Positions 17,533 to 20,222 of a DNA stretch of 20,222 bases are shown here, piece after piece. The position numbers and the translations under genes were made by a program. Under the pieces are notes generated by a model. The model ran no database searches. It saw only the letters and a list, made by a program, of their open reading frames with translations, and was not told where the DNA came from. Positions within the stretch are counted from its first letter, which is position 1, and every line of letters begins with the position of its first letter. The DNA is from an uncultured Nitrospiraceae bacterium (GTDB taxonomy: Bacteria; Nitrospirota; Thermodesulfovibrionia; Thermodesulfovibrionales; Dissulfurispiraceae). The stretch covers positions 1-20,222 of the forward strand of contig CAMTVO010000042.1 of assembly GCA_947085205.1 (NCBI GenBank). The letters are read 5' to 3'.

Positions 17533-17946
17533 TTAAATATCGAATATGACCTCTATTTCCCAATTATCGCCTGTTTTCTCCACTCTGATATTATGATACG
17601 TCGCCGCCTTAACCAGCAGCCTCCTCTCGTGCCTGTCGATATCGAATTCTTCGCCATATACATTGACCTTAATAAGATTATCGCTAAAATGCCCAACCTC
17701 TATTTTCCTTCCGATGAACCCATAAGTGTCAAGCCGGAATATCAGCTCATTAAGAAACGAGACCAACAGCCCTTCTATCGAATCGCTCTTTACCTCTATA
17801 CCTATCTCTTGTCTCTCATTAATGTTCCCGATATCCGTAATCAGGCTATACATGCCGATGCCAGCATTCACAAATGCCTCTTCACGGCTTGCTCCATAAG
17901 CCTTTATGCCGACATCACCTGATATATCAAGGACTTCGTATTGCAT
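17533..17946 (-). CDS. Archease (RtcB activator)
   Basis: YEVLDISGDVGI.AYG...EEAF, LLV.FL.ELIF, GE, VKAATYH, C-terminal FDI. Directly upstream of rtcB. Confidence 0.92.
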   Translation of the reverse strand: MQYEVLDISGDVGIKAYGASREEAFVNAGIGMYSLITDIGNINERQEIGIEVKSDSIEGLLVSFLNELIFRLDTYGFIGRKIEVGHFSDNLIKVNVYGEEFDIDRHERRLLVKAATYHNIRVEKTGDNWEIEVIFDI

Positions 17947-17986
17947 ATAAAAATGATAACATACAACTGCGCATATTATTCAGTAA

Positions 17987-18015
17987 TTTCAATCTGCATC
18001 CATTTCAGATATAAT
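17987..18015 (+). promoter_or_regulatory. Putative sigma70 promoter for the diguanylate cyclase and PLD genes
   Basis: TTTCAA-17 nt-TATAAT. Confidence 0.4.
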
Positions 18016-18033
18016 TATTGAAAGAGATATAAG

Positions 18034-18144
18034 TAATGTCCTATTTCGTCATTGCCCGACTTGATCGGGCAATCCAGAGAGAGGCATAAAGACTGGATTC
18101 CGCATCAAGTGCGGAATGACAGACAAAGCAAGCATAGGACATTA
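18034..18144. mobile_element. 111-bp element: 11-bp perfect inverted repeat enclosing a CGTC-tagged double-hairpin REP/RPE-like repeat
   Basis: TAATGTCCTAT / ATAGGACATTA. Inside: GTC-ATTGCCCGA-CTTGA-TCGGGCAAT-CCAG...CTGG-ATTCCGCA-TCAAG-TGCGGAAT-GAC. Confidence 0.75.
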
Positions 18145-18165
18145 ATATTACAGGAGTCAATAGTT

Positions 18166-19083
18166 ATGCAAGACAAAACAGAAGAAGAATTAATAGAAAA
18201 ATTAATAGAAGAACTAACAAGATATAAAAGACTCCTTGAGGCAGTGACAGATTACATCTATACCGTAAGAGTTGAAAATGATCATGTGGTTTCAACAACC
18301 CATGGTCCAAATTGTATAAAGATAACAGGGTATTCGCCGGAGGAATACGAAAAAAATCCATTGCTATGGTATCAGATGATTCATGAAGAAGACAAAAATG
18401 CCGTTTTAGAGCAAGCCTCTAAAGTGGTTTCTGGAAGACCTACTCTATCCCTTGAACACCGTATTATTTATAAAGACGGTTCCATCCGCTGGGTGAGAAA
18501 CACACCGGTCCTTCAATACGACGGATATGGACAATTTATCGGTTATGACGGATTGATTTCAGACATCACCGAACGGAAAATAATAGAAGAAAAACTCGTA
18601 GAATTTGCCGAAAGAGACCCGTTAATAAACATATACAACAGAAGAAAATTTTATAATTCCATGGAGGATGAAATAGAAAGGGCAAAAAGATACAAAAGAC
18701 CTCTGTCATTAATAATGTTTGATATAGACTATTTTAAGAAGGTAAATGATATGCACGGACATAATGTGGGAGACAGGGTTCTAATCATGATAGCTGATAT
18801 TGTAGCTGCAAATATAAGAAGAATAGATGTATTTGGAAGATTAGGCGGAGAGGAGTTTGGAATACTTGTCTCTGACACAGCGATTGAAGGCTCTAAAGCA
18901 TTGGCAAAAAAGGTAAAGGGGAAAATAGAAAGTCATAACTTTGATGTTGCAGGAAAGGTTACAATAAGCATTGGGGTGACAGAATATAAAGATGATGACA
19001 CTTCAGATAGCTTTTTAAAAAGAGTGGATGATGCTCTCTACATGGCTAAAGACAAAGGAAGAAACAGGGTTGAAGTGGTATAA
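18166..19083 (+). CDS. PAS-PAC + GGDEF diguanylate cyclase (start revised to 18166)
   Basis: ITGYSPEE, IHEED, DGSIRWV, DITERK, DPL, NRR, DIDYFK.VND..GH.VGD, RLGGEEF, ALY.AK..GRNRV. AGGAG RBS at 18152-18156. Confidence 0.93.
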   Translation: MQDKTEEELIEKLIEELTRYKRLLEAVTDYIYTVRVENDHVVSTTHGPNCIKITGYSPEEYEKNPLLWYQMIHEEDKNAVLEQASKVVSGRPTLSLEHRIIYKDGSIRWVRNTPVLQYDGYGQFIGYDGLISDITERKIIEEKLVEFAERDPLINIYNRRKFYNSMEDEIERAKRYKRPLSLIMFDIDYFKKVNDMHGHNVGDRVLIMIADIVAANIRRIDVFGRLGGEEFGILVSDTAIEGSKALAKKVKGKIESHNFDVAGKVTISIGVTEYKDDDTSDSFLKRVDDALYMAKDKGRNRVEVV

Positions 19084-20222
19084 TGCATACCTTTACAGTC
19101 CAGGCTATTGAAAAACTATTCAGGGGCAAATTCTCCGCAGCCGCCGATATACAACTCCTGTGGAAAGGGGACGAATCGTTCAGAACCATCTTCGATGCGG
19201 TAAGAAACGCAAAAGATTTTATATGCCTCGAATTCTATATCTTCAGAAATGACGAGACAGGTAATGAATTGGCAGAACTCTTAAAACAAAAAAGCAAAGA
19301 AGGAGTTAAGGTATACCTCCTTTATGACCACTTTGGCTCGTTCGGAACGCCGAGTGGCTTCTGGAAGGACATGAGGAATGCCGGAATAAAAATAAGGGCA
19401 TCCCGGCCGTTTAAGTGGACTTCTCCTTTTAATTATGTGCACAGAGACCACAGGAAGCTCATCGTTATTGACTTCAAGAAGGCATTCACCGGAGGATTAA
19501 ATATAGCAAACGAATACAGCGGTTTTCATAAAAAGATATATCCCCCTATAATTCCCCCCTTGGTAAAGGGGAATACAGGGGGGTGGCGGGATACGGGAAT
19601 AATGCTTGAAGGCCCTATAGTGAATGAACTTTTCGAGACTTTTAAAAAATGGTGGTACATATGGGGCGGAGAACCCATAACAATTTCAAATTTCAAATTT
19701 CAAATTTCAAATTTCAAGGAAGGTATCCCTGCAATTCCGATATTCGTCAGCTCTGCGAGAGGCAGAAGGAGAATGAGAAGGCTTCTCTATTACAGCATAA
19801 ACCACTCCCGGAAAAGCATTACATTAACAACCGCCTATTTTACCCCGTCTAGAAGGATGGTGGAGACATTGGAAAATGCAGTAAACCGCGGAGTAAGGGT
19901 AAGACTTCTCGTTCCGGGCATCAGTGATGTGCCGGCAGCATCATATGCAGGAAGGGCTTTCTTTGAAAGGCTCTTAAAGGCAGGCGTTGAGATATACACA
20001 TATACCGGAGAAATACTCCATGCAAAGACATACATCTTCGATGACTGCTGGAGCGTTATAGGCTCAACAAATCTCGATTTCCAGTCTTTAAGATACAACG
20101 ACGAGGGGAATGTCGGAATACTCAATGCCGACTTTGCATCAAATATGAACGCTATCTTTGAGGAAGACCTGAAAAATTCAACCGGAATAACGCTTGACGA
20201 ATGGCTTAAAAGGCCATTCAGA
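19083..20222 (+). CDS. Cardiolipin synthase-like phospholipase D (ClsB-type, no N-terminal TM), truncated by window end
   Basis: Hand translation from ATG 19083 (overlaps upstream TAA) is open for 380 codons, with two HKD motifs (HRKLIVID...GGLN, HAKTYIFD...GSTN), WRDT and TAYF.P. Absent from the ORF track because no stop falls in the window. Confidence 0.92.
   Translation, partial: MHTFTVQAIEKLFRGKFSAAADIQLLWKGDESFRTIFDAVRNAKDFICLEFYIFRNDETGNELAELLKQKSKEGVKVYLLYDHFGSFGTPSGFWKDMRNAGIKIRASRPFKWTSPFNYVHRDHRKLIVIDFKKAFTGGLNIANEYSGFHKKIYPPIIPPLVKGNTGGWRDTGIMLEGPIVNELFETFKKWWYIWGGEPITISNFKFQISNFKEGIPAIPIFVSSARGRRRMRRLLYYSINHSRKSITLTTAYFTPSRRMVETLENAVNRGVRVRLLVPGISDVPAASYAGRAFFERLLKAGVEIYTYTGEILHAKTYIFDDCWSVIGSTNLDFQSLRYNDEGNVGILNADFASNMNAIFEEDLKNSTGITLDEWLKRPFR
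19541..19583. repeat. C/G-rich palindromic repeat in-frame in the PLD gene (encodes PPIIPPLVKGNTGG)
   Basis: CCCCCTATAATTCCCCCCTT-GGT-AAAGGGGAATACAGGGGGG; same architecture as 520-564. Confidence 0.8.
19683..19717. repeat. Perfect heptamer tandem repeat (ATTTCAA)x5 inside the PLD gene
   Basis: Five exact copies; encodes ISNFKFQISNFK in the linker between the two PLD halves. Confidence 0.95.

Noticed and set aside
253..17922. Numerous plus-strand ORFs antisense to nnr, R-M, panB, recJ, secDF, mqnA, rtcB and archease
   Set aside because: They overlap well-supported genes on the other strand and show no recognisable motifs.
18052..18165. N-terminal extension of the diguanylate cyclase
   Set aside because: It is translated palindromic repeat; a good RBS precedes ATG 18166.
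19083..20222. Frameshifted PLD pseudogene (no ORF in the track; ORFs 19649-19852 and 19835-20125)
   Set aside because: Hand translation is continuous through the heptamer tract; the gene is only cut by the window end. The small ORFs are alternate-frame or antisense shadows.

Overview
Bacterial chromosomal window; gene content and style suggest a Nitrospirota/Desulfobacterota-like organism (inference only). A long minus-strand run (yajC-secD-secF-recJ-panB-receiver domain gene ... nnr) is interrupted by a co-oriented accessory islet. The islet holds a type IIG restriction-modification enzyme, a 2-TM/Zn-ribbon protein, a PIN-like protein, a DUF559 endonuclease and a RelE-type toxin-antitoxin pair. 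The right half carries lgt (+), mqnA, rtcB and archease (-), a PAS-GGDEF diguanylate cyclase (+) and a cardiolipin-synthase-like PLD gene (+) that runs off the window end. The most striking signal is the repeat landscape. (1) A C-rich/G-rich palindromic repeat family brackets the DUF559 gene, supplies its RBS, start and stop, and sits in-frame inside three other genes. One of these is a 127-bp copy in the R-M gene whose two indels remove stop codons. (2) At least eight different 7-8-mer tandem tracts are in-frame in housekeeping genes. (3) There are several MITE-like inverted-repeat elements and a 25-bp unit nested inside a copy of itself.
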